From Candidatus Oxydemutator sp. (GTDB lineage: Bacteria; Pseudomonadota; Gammaproteobacteria; Poriferisulfidales; Oxydemutatoraceae), in the NCBI GenBank assembly GCA_965203445.1, contig OZ241883.1, forward strand, positions 1,664,001 through 1,728,000: a DNA stretch of 64,000 bases. Direction: 5' to 3'. Within the stretch, counting starts at the first letter, position 1, and each line of letters begins with the position of its first letter. A program made the translations under genes and the position numbers. Under the pieces are notes generated by a model. The model saw only the letters and a program-made list of their open reading frames with translations. It was not told the origin of the DNA and made no database searches. Of this stretch, positions 18,001 to 33,000 are shown piece after piece.

Positions 18001-21000
18001 GGACAGCCTTGAGAAGCTGAACGCGATGCGCTGGGATGTGGACGGCGACGGCGTGCCCGCGGTCGCCGCCAGCGACACCTATGTCCAGGCCTTCCCGAGC
18101 ATAGGCGCCGACGGCTGCGCGTGCACCGGTTATGAGCTGACCGCACACCTCGACTTCGACACCAGCGCCACCGGCGTGCGCACCGACGACGCCTATTACA
18201 ACGACGGCGCCGGCTGGTCGCCGATAGGCACCGACGCCGAACCGTTCGACGCGGTGTTTCGCGGCAACGGCCACCTGCTCGAGAACCTCTACGCGCGTGG
18301 CGGCACCGAGACCCGCGCCGGTCTGTTCGGCGCGCTCGGCGCGTCGGCGCACGTGGAGGGCGTCGGCCTGATCGCCGCCGACGTGTCCGGCGCGCTCGCC
18401 GGCGCGCTCGCCGGTTCCGCCCAGGGCGGCGTCGTCGTCGCCAATTTCGCGCACGGCCACGTGCGCGCCGAGACGTCCTATGCCGGCTGTCTGATCGGGC
18501 GCATGGGCGGCGGGCTGGTAATCTCGAATTACGCCGCCTGCCGCGCCGTGTCCGGCCCCGACGGCGCCGGCGTCGGCGGGCTGATCGGCGCGATGGCCGG
18601 CGGCGCGTTGACCGCCAACTATTCGGTCGCGCCGGTCGCCGCGTCCACCGGCAGCGCCGGCGGCGTCGTCGGTTCCGCCACCGGCGGTTCGGCGTCGGCA
18701 AACTTCTATGATGCCGAGGCCGCCGGCGTTGCGACCTCGGCGCGTGGCGCCGCCAGAAGCGGCGCTGCGTTGCGCGCCCACATCACCTACAGCGGCGACT
18801 TCGCGTCCTTTGACGTCGACGTCGACGGCGACGGCAACGCCGACGACCCGTGGGATTTCGGCAGCGCGCGCCAATACCCGGTGCTGAAGCTCGCGCGCTT
18901 TGGCGACGTCGTCGCGCGCCAGCGCGCGCTGCTGCCGCACCCGCACGATCTCGACCGCGACCGCCTGATAGAGGTGGACAGCCTGGCCGGGCTGAACGCG
19001 ATGCGTTGGGATCTGGACGGCGACGGCGCCGCCGACGACGCCGCCAATGCCGCCGACTACGCCGAGGTCTTCCCCGATATGGACGCCAGTCCGTGCGACT
19101 GCATCGGCTACGAGTTGAGCGCGTCGCTCGATTTCGACACCGACGGCGACGGCGCGGTGACGCGCTACGACGCCGGCGGCGCGTACTACGACGGCGGCGC
19201 CGGCTGGCTGCCGATAGGCACCGTCGCCGCGCCCTTCAACACGGTGTTGGAGGGCAACGGCCATACCATCGCAAACCTGACGATAAACCGCACCCGAAAC
19301 ATCGCCGGCCTGTTCGGGCGCGTGGGCGCCGCCGGCGTCGTGCGCAACCTCGGCCTGATCGCCCCGAATGTAACGGTGGTCGGCAACACCGTCGGCGCGC
19401 TCGCCGGCAACAACAGCGGCGCGATCTATGCATCCTACGTCGCCGGCGGCAACGTGCGCGGCGGCTGGGGCACCGGCGGTCTGGTCGGTTACCTGGTCGG
19501 AACCGTAACCGCAAGCTACACCTACGTAGCGGTTTCCAACACCAGCCACGCGCTCGGCGGCCTGGTCGGTGCGATGGGCGTCTCCGCCAGGATCGCCGCC
19601 AGCTACGCGATCGGGAGCGTGTCCAGCAGTGGCGACAACCCAGGCAGAGTCGGCGGTCTCGTCGGCCATCTTGACGGTGCCAGCACCGGGCGCACGGTAA
19701 CCGCCAGTTACTGGGATACCGGCTTAACCGGGCAGAGCGACAGCCGCCTGGCCGGCGCCGACGGCACGCAGACGACCACGGCCCTGCGCACGCCGACCTC
19801 CTATACCGGCATCTACGCCACCTGGAACCTCGACCTCGACGGCGACGGCACGCCCGACAACCCGTGGGCCTTCGGCGACGCGTTCCAGTTTCCGGTATTG
19901 CGCGGTGCCGGCCACGACGTGGCCGCGCAGTTCGCGGCCCAGCCGAGCCGCGACGCGCGCCTGCGTTCATGGCGCGTGACCAATCTGGGTCTCGAGCTGC
20001 CGCTGCGCGAACGGGACTACTCGACGCTGTCGTTGGCGAGCCAGTTCGTGCGGCTGGTAGCCGTGGCCGAGCATCCGGGCGCGTCGGCGATGCAGGCGGA
20101 CGTGTCACGCTATCTGCCGGCCGACGGCACCAGCGGCACCTACGAGGTTACGGTAACCGCCGAGGACGGCGTTGCGACCAGGACCTACGGCGTGATTCTG
20201 TCTTGGGACGGGGAAATAGCGCTCAGCCTGTCCGGATCGGACAGCGGCGAGTTGTGCGCCACCGAGAATCTGGCGGCGGTCGGTGGCGGGCGGACGCGCG
20301 TGCGCGAGAGCGACGTGCGCGCCTGCTTTACGCTGGAACTTTCGCTGCCGTCGGGCCAGACGCTGGAGACGACGCGCACCGCCGTCGTAACGATAGAAAG
20401 CGCCGCGACCACCGGCTACGACGCCGCCGAAGCCGGCCTCGATTTCGTCGCCGCGGCCAGGAGAGTCGCGTTCTCGATAAACGCCAATAGTGGCAGCCAC
20501 GACGTATTTTTCGATCTGCTGGACGACCGCGTGGTCGAGCTCAGGCCCGAGCAATTCCGCGTCGTCGCGCGCCTTGCGGATGACGCCGGCGTGCCCGGCG
20601 ACGTGCTTGCGAGCACCTACGTCGACCTCGTCGAGGACGACGTGCTGCGCCTTGTGCCCGGTGCCGTGACGTCGCCGGTGGCCGAGGACGCGGGCGTCGC
20701 GTCGGTGTGCGTGCGCGCCGAGGTCGCCGCCGATGAGGCCGTGGACGTGATCGTCGCGGCGCGCGAGAGCGACCCGCCGTCGGCGCGCGCCGGCCTCGAC
20801 TTCGTCGCCGCGACGACGACGCTGACCTTCGCGGCGAATATCGCGGGCCAGACGCGGTGCGCCGTGGTGCCGATAGTCGACGACGCGCTGGTCGGCGAGG
20901 GCGACGAGACCTTCGTCGCGTCGGCGTACTATGCGCCGGGCGTGCCCGCCGCCGTGCGCGGCGCCGACGTCGCGGCCGTCGTGACCATCCGCGACGACGA

Positions 21001-24000
21001 GCCGATGCCCGAGAGGCCGCTGCTGCTCGACGCCGACGCCTACCGCGTCGCCGAGGGCAATGCCGCCGCGGTAACGGTGCGTCTGGCACCGGAATTGGCG
21101 CGCGTTCGCGGCTACGAGGCGGACGGCGTGCTGACCGTGGTGGCGGGCAGCGCGCGCCCCGGCGCCGACTACCGCGGCGTGGGCTATCCGTTCACGCTGC
21201 GCGCCGATCAGGGCGGTGCCGCGACGGTGCGCGTCGCGACCCTCGCCGACGACGTGCCCGAGAACACCGAAAGCTTCACGATAATCGCAACCAGCGAGGT
21301 CCTGGACGCCGAGACCACGGCGTTGGCCACGGCCGTGGTGACGATAGACGACGACGACGCGCTGGCGATCGCGCTCGAACCGACGGCCGTCGAGATGGCT
21401 GAGGGCAACGCGGTGTCGACGCGCGCGGTGTGCGCCGCGATCACCGAGCCGCCGGCGACGGCGCCGATGGAGCGCCGCTTCTCGCTGACGTTGACGGCCG
21501 AGGGCAGCGCCACTCTGGGCGGCGAATACGACTTCCCGGCGACGCTGGGGCCGTTCGATAACGACAACCGCAGACGCTGCGGCGAGGTCGCCCTCTACGG
21601 CGACGCGGTTTCCGAGGACGACGAATACTTCACGCTGCGCGTGACGCCGCTGCCGCCGCGCGTGACCGCGCCGGGCGACGCCGCGCGCGCGAACTTCATC
21701 ATCCGCGACGACGACGACCAGCCGCTGACCGCGTTCGCGCGCCGCCAGGTGGAGGAGCCGCCCGCGGCCGTTCCCGACGATCCGCGCCTGATCAACGTGC
21801 GCTCGGCGACCCAACTGCATCTGATGCGCTTTGACTTGAACGGCGACGGCGTCATTGACGCCGGTGTTTCCGGACAAGACAGAATAAGCTACGGCAACTA
21901 CATTTGGGGCGAGGCCGACCATTGCGGGCGCGTCGCCGGCGGTTGCATCGGCTATGAGTTGCGCGGCGATCTCGACCTCCGATCAAACTTGTTTGGAGCG
22001 ACCTGGAATCCGGTAGGCACCTCGGCGGCCCCGTACACCGGGCGCCTCGAGGGCAACGGCTACGTGCTCTCGGGGCTTTCGGTAAGCGCCGGTACCGGCG
22101 CCGGGCTGTTCGGCCACCTCGGTGATGGCGCCGAGGTGACCAACGTCGGCCTGGCCGACGTCTCGGTACGCGGCGGCGACCACGTCGGCGCGCTGGCCGG
22201 GCACACCACCGGCAGGGTGACGGTGCGCGCGGTCTACGCCGTCGGCGGCGACGTGCGCGGCACCGCCGGCGTCGGCGGCCTGATCGGCTTTGCCAGCACC
22301 CACGGGCGCACAAGCGTCGTCGCAAGCTACGCCAACGTGTCGGTGGCCGGCGCCGGCGCCGGCGTCGGCGGCCTGGTCGGAACGCTCGCGGGCGACGCGC
22401 TGATCCGCACCAGTTACGCCGCGGGCGCGATCACCAATACCGCGGCCGCACCGGGCGGCCTGGTCGGGCGCGCCGGGGCCGAGGCCGCGGCCACCGCCAG
22501 TTATTGGAACGTCGGCGGCGGCGCCGCCCACAGCGCGCTCGGCGTCGGCACGTCGGCGACCGCGCTGCAAACGCCGGCCGGCTACGACGGCATCTACGCC
22601 GCGTGGAACCTGGATCTGGACGACGACGGCGCCGCCGATAATCCGTGGGACTTCGGCGCCGCCGACCAGTATCCGGTGCTGCGCGTCGCCGGCCACGACG
22701 CGCGCGTCCAGTTTCTGTCGCAGCACGCGGGCGACGCCGCCATCGCCGACTACGACGACGACGACGACAACCTGATAGACGTGCGCACCGGCGCTCAGCT
22801 CTATGCGATGCGCTGGGACCTCGACGGCGACGGCGCGCCGAGCGACGCGACCGCCTACGCGCGCGCGTTTCCGCGCGCCATGGCCGGCATGGGCTGTCCC
22901 TCGGGGTGCGCCGGCTACGAGTTGCGCGCCGACGTGGCGGCGACGCGCTACCCGTGGTATTCGATCGGTTCGGACGCGTCGCCGTTTCGGACGACCTTCG
23001 ACGGCGGCGGCCATACGATTACGCGTATGCTGATACATCACACCAATGCCGACAAAGGCATGTTCGGGGTGATCGGCGAAGGCGCCAGGGTCGGCAACGT
23101 TACGTTGAACCGCTTCGATATACGGTTTGGCGGCACCAACGCGTCCTACGACACCGCCGGTGCGCTGGCCGGCGAATTGCGCCAGGGCTTCGTCGAAAAC
23201 GTCGGCGTCCTGGATCTGTATATGGGCTGCAACCAGAACGGGTGTGAGCGCGCAGGCGCGTTGCTCGGCCGGTTGACCGGCGGCACCGTCATAACCTCGT
23301 ACGCGCTCGGAGGAACAACCGAGGGCGGCGGTCTGATCGGCCAGTTGACCGGCAACGGCCGCCTCATCGCCAGTTACGCGCACGGTGTACGCGTCAGATC
23401 TCGGGAGCCCGAGGGCGGCCTGGTCGGGCGCAACGAGCGCTCCGAGATCGTCGCCAGTTACACCGCGGCCACCTACGGCGGGCGGGGACAGAACAAATAC
23501 GGCGGTCTGGCCGGGATCGACGTCGGCGGCCGCGTGCGCGCCAGTTACTTTGACGCCGACGCGCTGCGCACCTTCACCGGCGCGTGGAGCGATGCCGTAT
23601 TCGACAACCAAGGGTTGAGGCGGCGCGCTGCAGGCGTCAGACGGACTCCGGACGACGTGCGTGGCCAGGCCAGGCGCGCGTCGGAACTGACGCGCCCGAC
23701 CCGCTATACCGGTATCTACGCCGACTGGAACGTGGATCTCGACGGCGACGGCGCCGGCGACGACCCGTGGTACTTCGGTGACGACGACCAGTATCCGGTG
23801 CTGCGCTACGCGGCCGCCGGCATCGAGCGCCAGCTCGCGGCCCAGCGGACGCCGCCGCCGCTGCCGGTGGCCACGGTCAGCGCGCCGGCTGTGCACACGC
23901 GGCGCTACGAACCGGTGCGCTTCACGATCACGCTCGACACCGCGGTCGCGGTGTCGACTACCGTGTCGTATTATCTGACGCAGCCCGACGGCGGCGCCCT

Positions 24001-27000
24001 GGCCGAGGTCGACCTGGGTGCTACGACGCCGACCGCGGTCGAGGTGTTCAACGACGGCGACGTTGCTACCTTAGCGCCGCTGCCGGTGCGCACGGTCGTA
24101 CTGGCGCCGGGGCAGAGAACGGCGACGGTCGAGGTCAAGCTGAGCGGCGCCGGCGCCGGCGCCGACGGCGCGTTGAGCCTGTTTCTGGCGGCCGGCGACG
24201 GCTTCATCGTCGGCGTCGAATCCGATGCCCGCGTGACGGTGCACGGGCGCCAGCGCTACCTCGCGCCGAACCTGCTGCTCGCGCGCACCGTGGTGGCGGA
24301 ATCGAACGCCCGACCGACGATGCTGACGCTGCAAACCCTGCGCGTCGCGGCCGCTTCCTTCGGCAGGGCCGGGGTGCCGGGCGACTTCACGCCCGAGGCC
24401 GCGCCGGCCGATCTGCGCGTAAGCTACACCCTGGCCGGCAGCGCGCGCGGCGGCGCCGCGTGCGACGGCGATACCGATTTCCTGTGGCCGCCGGGCTACG
24501 ACGCCGGCCTCGGGCGCGGTGTCGCGAGCGCCGCGCCGCTGCCGCTCACCGTCTGCGCCGACGGCGTGCGCGACTACGCGCGCGAGGAGACGATCCTCTT
24601 TGAACTGGTCGAGGTGCTGGCGCCGACCCGGGCCAACCGCGCCGCCGCGAACGCGAACTACGTCGTGCCGCTGACCGGCTATCCGGCGTATCCGGTGGTC
24701 ATCCAGGACGACGACCCGATCAGGGTCGGCTTTGAGCGCGCCGCGTACGTCTTCGCCGAGGGCCAAAGCGGCGAGATGTGCGTCGTCTCCAAGGGCCCGA
24801 TAGCGGAGCCGTTTCAGCGCGGCGACGTCGAAAGCTTCCGCCTGACGGCCGACTTCGCCGGCCCCGGCGTCGCCGACTTCGCCGGCGACTTCCCGCTGCG
24901 CATCGGTTCCTTCAGCCGCGTTTCGACGCGCCACTGCGTCACGCTGACGCCGCTGGACGACGGCCTCGACGACGAGGGCGAGACCCTTGTGCTGGAGTTG
25001 GCGCGCCTGGACGCGGTGCTCGAGAGCGACGGCCGCGTCGACAACTACGCGCCCGATCATGATCCGCCCGGCGACGCCGAACCCTATGCGACGCAGGTCG
25101 CCTTCGCGCAACAGACCGCGACGGTAACGATCACGCGCGCCGGCTACGACTACGACGACGACAACGACAACCTGATCGAGGTGCGCACGCGCGCGCAACT
25201 CGACGCGCTGCGTTGGGATCTGGACGGCGACGGCGCGCCCGACGACGCGGACTTTGCGCCGGCCTATGCGCGCGCCTTCCCGGGCGCCGCGCCGGGCATG
25301 GGTTGCGCGGTGCGCTGCGCCGGCTACGAATTGCGCGCCGACCTCGACCTAGGCGACGCGCCGTGGCGTCCCATCGGCACCGCCGCGGCACCGTTTGCGG
25401 CGCGTCTCGTCGGCAACCGCCACGTGATCGCGAACCCGTCCATCACAACCACCGGAAACGACGTCGGTCTGATCGGCGTGCTTGGCGCGGGCGGCGTGCT
25501 CGAGTCGCTCGGCGTCGCAGGCGCCGCGATCAGCGGCGGCGCGCGCACGGGCGGCCTGGTCGGTCGCATGACCGGCGGCGCCGTCGTCGCCGCCTACGTC
25601 GCCGGCGGGCGCGTCGCCGGCGCGCGCGACGTCGGCGGCCTGGTCGGTCGCGTCGCCGGCGGGCGCATCGTCGCTTCCTGGGCCGGCGCGACCGTCGCCG
25701 CGCGCAGTTTCTGCGCCGGCCTGGCCGGTTCGCTCGCGGGCGGCGCCCGCGTCGAGGCCGGTTACGCCAGGGGCGAGGTCGAGGGCGTCGCCTGTCGCGG
25801 CCTGGTCGGCGGCGCCGCGGCCACGGCCCAGGTGAGCGCCTCGTACTGGGACGACGACGTCGCCGGCGGGCGCGTCAGCGACGGCGCGCCCGCGGCCGAA
25901 CCCAAGACCACCTCCGAATTGCAGACGCCGGTCGGCTACGACGGCATCTACGCCGCCTGGAACCTGAACCTGGACGGCCTTGCGGGCGCCGACAACCCGT
26001 GGCATTTCGGCACCACCCGCCAGTACCCGGTGTTGCGCTACGGCGACCCCGGCGACGGACGCGCGGTCATCGGCGTCCAGCGCGGCGATTACGACCAGGA
26101 TCGCGACAACCTGATCGAGATCCGCACCGCGTCCCAGCTGAACGCGATGCGCTGGGACCTGGACGGCGACGGCGTGCCGACGCCGGCGAACGCCGACGCC
26201 TACCGCAGCGCGTTCGCGGGTGCGCCCGCGGCCGGGGTGCGCTGTGCCTCGGCCTGCGAAGGCTATGAATTGGGCGCCGACGTCGACCTGGCGCCCGCCT
26301 TTGGCGCGGGCTACGACGGCGGGCGCGGCTTTCGCCCGATAGGCGGCGATTTTGCGGCCGTGTTCGACGGCAACGGGCGCGTCATTTCGGGCCTGTCCAT
26401 GCGCCGCCCGGACGCCGACGAAGTCGGCCTGTTCTCGGCTCTTAATGGCGCCGAAATCCGCAACGTGGGCCTGGTCAACGTCGACCTGGTCGGCGGCGAC
26501 AGAGTCGGCGCGTTGGCCGGCAGGACTACGGGTAGCGTGGTCGTGCGCACCGTCTACGTCGTCGGCGGCGTCGTTTCCGGCGACGCCGACGTCGGCGGCC
26601 TGATCGGCGAGCTGCGCGGCGACCACAGTAGAGAGAATCCTCGAATCGTGAGCGCAAGCTACGTCAACGTCCGCGTCGAAGGCCGGAGCAACGTCGGCGG
26701 CCTGATCGGGCGCGCGGCTGAGCCGGCGCTGCGCGCGGTCTATTCGGCGGGCGCCGTCGCCGCCGGCGGCGGCGGCCTCCTCGGCGCGGCCGACGAGGGC
26801 GTCGTCGCCAGCGACGCCTATTGGGACGTCACCGCGTCGGGGTTGCGCGACAGCGCCGCCGGCACCGGCCACGTTACCAGCGCGTTGCAGACGCCCGCCG
26901 GCTACACCGGCATCTACGCCGGCTGGAACCTGGATCTCGACGGCGACAACAATGCCGACGACCCGTGGGACTTCGGCGACGCCAACCAGTATCCGGTGCT

Positions 27001-30000
27001 CAAGGCCGGCGACCACGATACCGCGCTCCAATTCGCGGCGCAGCCGTCGTTGCAGGGGCTGCCGGTGGCGACGATCACCGGCCCCGGAGGATTGAGCGAG
27101 GCCGAATTGAACGACGTCGAAAGAGTGCAGGCGATCCATTTCACGGTGGCCCTCGATCGCGCGGCGGCGGCCGAGACGACGGTGTTCTACGACGTTTTGA
27201 ATCTCGGTTCGTCGGGGGGCGAAATCGTCGCCCAGGAAGACGCGGTGGCGGGCGATTCGCCTTTCATCAACGGCTACATTGCCGGCAGTACGCGCCCGGG
27301 CGACGCGCCGCCGGAACCGATCACGCAGGCCCTGGTGGACGTGAGGCCGTCCGTCGTCGCCAGGCCGCTGCCGGCGAGGCTCAGCGTCGCGATCCCGGCC
27401 GGGCGGATGAGCGCGCAGTTCTTTATCCGTTTGTCGGACATCGCAATTTCCGCCGAGACCTTGCGCCTGCGTCTGCGCCTGAGTCACAGAAGCGCGGGCG
27501 TGCTGATCGGGGAGCCGTCGTCGGCGATCGTGTTCAACGTGCGCAACGGCCGGCCTCTGTATCTGTCTCCTTATGCCAGCCTCGCTCCTGCCGTGGCCGA
27601 ATCGGCCGGCACGGTCACTCCGGATTTCCGGGCGTTTCGCTTCCAGACCAACCGGGTTCCGTACATTATTTCGGCCAACGGTTTCCTGCCGCGCCCGGTG
27701 CAGCCGCTGAGCCTGCGCTTCATCTATACGTTTGGGGGCACCGCCGAGGGCGGGTTTTCCTGCTCCGGTTCGACCGATTACCTGTGGCCGGCAGGCTACG
27801 ATCCCGTTGCGAACCAGGGCCTCGGGCAGCCCGCGGCACCGGGACTCGGGCGCTTCGGCGGCGCATTGCGGTTGTGCGACGACGACCGCAACGAGCCGAC
27901 CGAGACCATCTTCCCGCAGCTGCTACGGGTAACCACGCCGACGGCGGCGGCCACCACCGGCGGAACTTTCTTCGTGTTGCTGCCCGATTTTGAACATACC
28001 GTCTCGACCGCGGTGCGCATCATAGACGACGACCCGGCCACTATCGGCTTTGAGCGCGACCTGTATCCGATGACGGAGCGCGTCGCCGCGCCGGTGTGCG
28101 TCGTGATGCAGACACCTGCGCCGGCCATAACCGGCGGCGTGACGCTGACGGTCAGCGCCGAGGCCGGCGCGCGCGCCGAGTTGTCGGCGTCCGAGTTGGG
28201 GCCGTTTTCCGAGGACGCCGCGCGCCACTGCGTGGACGTAACGCCGCTCGATGAGGCCGGATTTGCGCTGTCGCTGGCGCCGACCGCGCCGCTGCCCGCA
28301 AGCATGGTGGTGATCGAGCCTGCGACGGCCGAGGTCGTGCTGGCGCCGCGCGTGGATTACGACGACGACGACGACAACCTGATCGAGGTGCGCACGCCGG
28401 CCCAGCTGAACGCGCTGCGCTGGGATCTGAACGGCGACGGCGTCGCCGATGCACCCCTCTACGGGCGCGCCTACGCGCGCGCGTTCCCGCGCGCCGCCGC
28501 GCGCATGGGCTGCGCCGGCACCTGCGCCGGTTATGAACTGCGCGCCGATATGGATCTAGAGGTACTGCGCGTCTCCACCGCCACCACCACCGTGAACTGG
28601 TCGGCGATAGGCGCCGAGCGCGACGGCGAACCGTTTCGCGCGATCCTCGAAGGCAACGGCAACGTGATCTACGGTCTCTACACCAGCGCCACCAACGCCG
28701 TCGGCGCGACGGGCGATGCGGCCAACGGCCTGTTCCACGCGATCGCCGCCGGCGCGCACGTCCGCTCGCTCGGCTTCGCCGGCTACTCGAACGCGACCCG
28801 CACCGCGGGCATCACGGTCGCCGGGCGCGACAACGTCGGCGTGCTCGCCGGGCGCATGAGCGGCGGTTTTGTCACCGCGGTGCACGTCGCCGCCGGTGCG
28901 CGCGTGATCGCGCACGGCGACGCCGCCGGCGGCCTGATCGGACGGATGACCGGCGGCACCATCCGCGCCAGTTACGCCGCGGCCTTGGTCGACGCCGGCG
29001 ACGGCGCCTGCGGCGGCCTGGTCGGGCGCATCGCGGGCGGCGGCGCCACGCCGCCGCGCATCGAGGCGAGCTACGCGCGCGGCGCGGTCGGCGCCGGCGC
29101 CTCAGGCGGCGACTGCGCCACGGGCGCGGCCGCCGGCGGCCTGATCGGCGCGACCGATACGGGCGCAAGCCCTGCGATAACGGCCTCGTATTGGGACGCT
29201 TCGGCTACGACCCATACCGGCGGCGGCGGCGCCAGCCGCACCACGGCGCAACTACGGGAACCGCAAACCTACGTCGGCATTTACGCCGCCTGGAACCTCG
29301 ACCTGGACGGTCAGGGCGGCGGCGACACGCCGTGGTATTTCGGCGCCACCGACCAGTATCCGGTGCTGCGCTACGGGCGCGACTTGCCGGCGTTGGCGGT
29401 GCAGCACGGCGACTACGACCATGACGACGACAACCTGATCGACGTCCACGTGCCGGTGCAGCTCGACGCGATCCGGTGGGACAAAAACGGCGACGGCGTG
29501 CCCGACGACGCGAGCGCCGCCGGCGCGGCCGCCCATGGCGCCGCGTTTTACGGCGCCGTCGCCGGCATGGGCTGCGCGACGACCTGCACCGGCTTTGAAC
29601 TGGTAAGCGATCTGGATGTGGCCGCCAGCCGCTACGCCGAAAGTGTCGCGGACGCCGGGTGGCGCCCGATTGCGCGCACGAACAACGTGGCGGACGCTTT
29701 TGGCGCAACCTTCGACGGCGGCGGTTACGTCGTCTCGAACCTGGTCGTCAACTCCGGCGGCGACGCGCCCGCGGGCCTGTTCGGCCTCGTGTCCGCGGGC
29801 ACGATAGCGAACGTCGGTCTGGTCAATGCGCGGGTCGCCGCCTTCGAGGGCGCCGCCGGCGCGCTGGCGGGCGCCGTGCTTGGCGGGCGCTCGACGATCA
29901 CGGCCGTGTACGCGGTGGACGGCAGGGTAGAGGCCGCCAACGCCCCCGTCGGCGGTCTCGTCGGTAGCATCGGCAACGACGCCGAGCCGTCCGACGCGCG

Positions 30001-33000
30001 CGTCATCGCCGCCTACGCGAATCTTCGCGTGGACGGCACGACGACGCCTACCGGCGGCCTCGTCGGCTCCGTCGCCGGCGACGCGAGCATCGTCGCCAGT
30101 TACGCGGCCGGGCCGCTCATCGTCACGACCGCGACCACGACCGTGACCGGCGGTGGCCTGGTCGGGGAAGTCACCTCGGGCAGTCCCGAGGCCGTCGACA
30201 GTTATTGGGACGCGGCCGCGGCCGGCATAGCCCAGAGCGCCCTCGGCGTCAGCAGGACCACGGTCGAATTGCAGGCGCCGACCGGCTACGACGGCATCTA
30301 CGCCGCCTGGAACGTGGATCTCGACGGCGACGGCAGCGGCGACAATCCGTGGAACTTCGGCGCCGCCGACCAGTATCCGGTGCTGCGCCACGCCGGGCGC
30401 CTCGGCGCGCGCCAGCTGGCGGCGCAACTGGCGGCGCGGCCTCAGGTGGCGCTGCGCGTGTGGCCCGGCGCGACCGACCGCGACCCGGTATGGCCCGGCT
30501 TGCAGGTGGACGAGGGCGACGTGGTCAGCGAACTCTACACGGTGCGCCGCGCGCTGCCGTCGGGCGCGCCGCTGCAATTCGTCGTGCGTTCCTTCGGCAC
30601 GGCCTATAGCGCGGACGACCTCGGCCTGGCGGCCGCACCGCCTGCCGAACGCACGCTTGCGCTGGAACCGATGGAGCTGACGCTGGTGGTTACGCGCTCG
30701 TTTGTCAACGACGGGCGCGACGGCGAGGACGACGAGACCTTCGGCGTCTCGCTCGAGCGCATCGCCGCCGATAGCGCGGGACTCAATTATTTCATCGGCG
30801 TGCCGTCGTCGTTCACGCTGACCGTGCGCGGCGCCGACGTGGCGCCGACGTTCGGCGCCGCCGACCTGCCGCTGGCGGCCGTCGGCGAGCGCTACCTCGA
30901 GCGCCTGCCGGCGGCGACGGGCGGCAACGGCGGCGTCGTCGCGTACAACGCGATTGCGGTGCCGGACTGGCTGGCGTTCGACGCCGACGGCGCCGGCGTC
31001 TGCGGCGTGGCGCTCGCGGTTTGCGGCACGCCGCAGGCCGCCGATACCGGCACCGACGTGCTGCTGATCACCGCCGACGACGCCGACGCCAACGTGGCCC
31101 TCTCCGACCGCGCCCAGCTGCGGGTTGCGATAGAGGTCGGCGTGCGCCCGCCGCCGCCCGCGGCGCCGCAAAACCTGATAGCGCTGCCCGGCGACGGCAC
31201 CGTGTTCCTGTCGTGGGACGCCTCCGGGATTGACCCCGCAAACGACCCGAACCGGGAGGCGATCACGTCGTACGAAACGCGCCTGTTGGACGGCGCTTGC
31301 ACGGGCGTCCCGGGCGCCGCCGCGGGCGCCGCCTGGACGCGCATCCCGGCCAGCGACTTCGCCACCGTCGCCCATACGATTACCGGGCTGGTCAACGGCG
31401 TGCGCGTGTGCGTGGAAGTGCGCGCGCGCAACCGCGGCGGCGTCGGCGCCGCGGCCGCGGCCGCCGCGACGCCCTCCGACCGGCAACCGGCGTTCGTGGG
31501 CGCGGCCGCCGAATTGACCTTTGTCGCCAGTTCCGACGTGGGCACGGTCGCGCTGCCGTCGGTGCGCGGCGGCGACGGCGCGCTGCGCTTTCGCATAGAC
31601 CGCCTCGGGCGGCTGCCGGGCTTGGTTGTGACCTACGCGCGCGACGCGGCCGCCGGCGACGGCCCCAATCTGTATCGCGGCGTGATCACCGGCGTGCCGG
31701 GCGATCCGCCACAGCCGCTTGCGCGGCGCCGCGCGGTGCTGCTGGTTACGGTAACCGACGCCGACGGCGACGTCGCGTCGCTCGACGTTCCGATAACGGT
31801 CATCCGCGACGCGACGCCGGCCTTTGATCCGGACGCGCCGACCGAATTCATCTTCGCCCGAGGGCGCGCCACCACCCATGTGCTGCCCGTGGTCGCCGGC
31901 GGGGTCGCAGGCGGCGGCAACCTGCCGCTGCGCTACTCGCTGCGCGCGCGGGTGGTTACGGGCACGTTGCCGTCGTGGCTTGCGTATCGCGCGCCGGCAT
32001 CGCCCGAGGACGGCGGCGGCACCCTGATCGGCATGCCCGGTTCGGGCGACGCCGACGCCGAACTGACGCTGGTCGCCACCGACGCCGACGGCGACGACGC
32101 GAACCTGGAGGTGCGCGCCGTGGTCGGCGGCGCCGACGGCGTGCCGCGCTTTGCCGTCGCCTCCAGCGACGTGCGCGTGACCGCCGGCGAGACGTTTCGC
32201 ACGCCGCTGCCGGTCGCCGCCGGCGGCGACGGCGCGATCCGTTACCTGTCCGAGCCGCCGCCTCCGCTGCTGGATGGGGTGACGCTGCTGCTGCCGTCGG
32301 TGCTGTTGCCGGGCCACGCCGAGGGCGCGGTGCTCGAAGGAAGCGCGCCGTTTGCCGACGTCACGCGAAGCTTCGTGCTCGTCGCAAGGGACGTGGACGG
32401 CGAGGAAGCGCGCCTGGCGGTGCGCCTGATCGTCACCGGCCAGATGCCGCCGACGTTTGCGGATGCTTCCGTGGCCGCGGCCTGGGCGGTGACGACGCGC
32501 GCCGACGCGGTCCGGCTGCATCTGCCGGCGGCGACGCCGCCGGCGGGCGCGACCGCGGCCGATCTGGACTATGCGTTGGCGCCGCCGCTGCCGTCGTCGC
32601 TGACCTATAGCGCGCCGGCGGGTGCGATCACCGGCGGCGGCGTGATCACCGGCGTGCCGCGCGACGGCGTCGCGACGACCTACACGCTGACCGCCACCGA
32701 CCGGCGCAGCGGCCTCGCCGCCGGCCTGCCGGTGCGCCTGACGATAAGCGACAAAGCGCCAACCTTCGGCGACGTCGTCCTCGGGCCGTTCCGGTGGATG
32801 GATGGGGTCGCCCTTGGTTCCGCGAGCTACGACGTCAGCAACCGGATGTTGCGCCTGCCGCGCGCCGTCGGTGGCGACGGCATGCTGCGCTACCGCCTGG
32901 AACCGAAATTTTTTTCCTGCTGTGACGACTTCAGCGACGATCCCACGCCCTATGTAGGGAGCTACCGGTTGGGCGCGGTAACGGGCGTCTTCGATGGCGT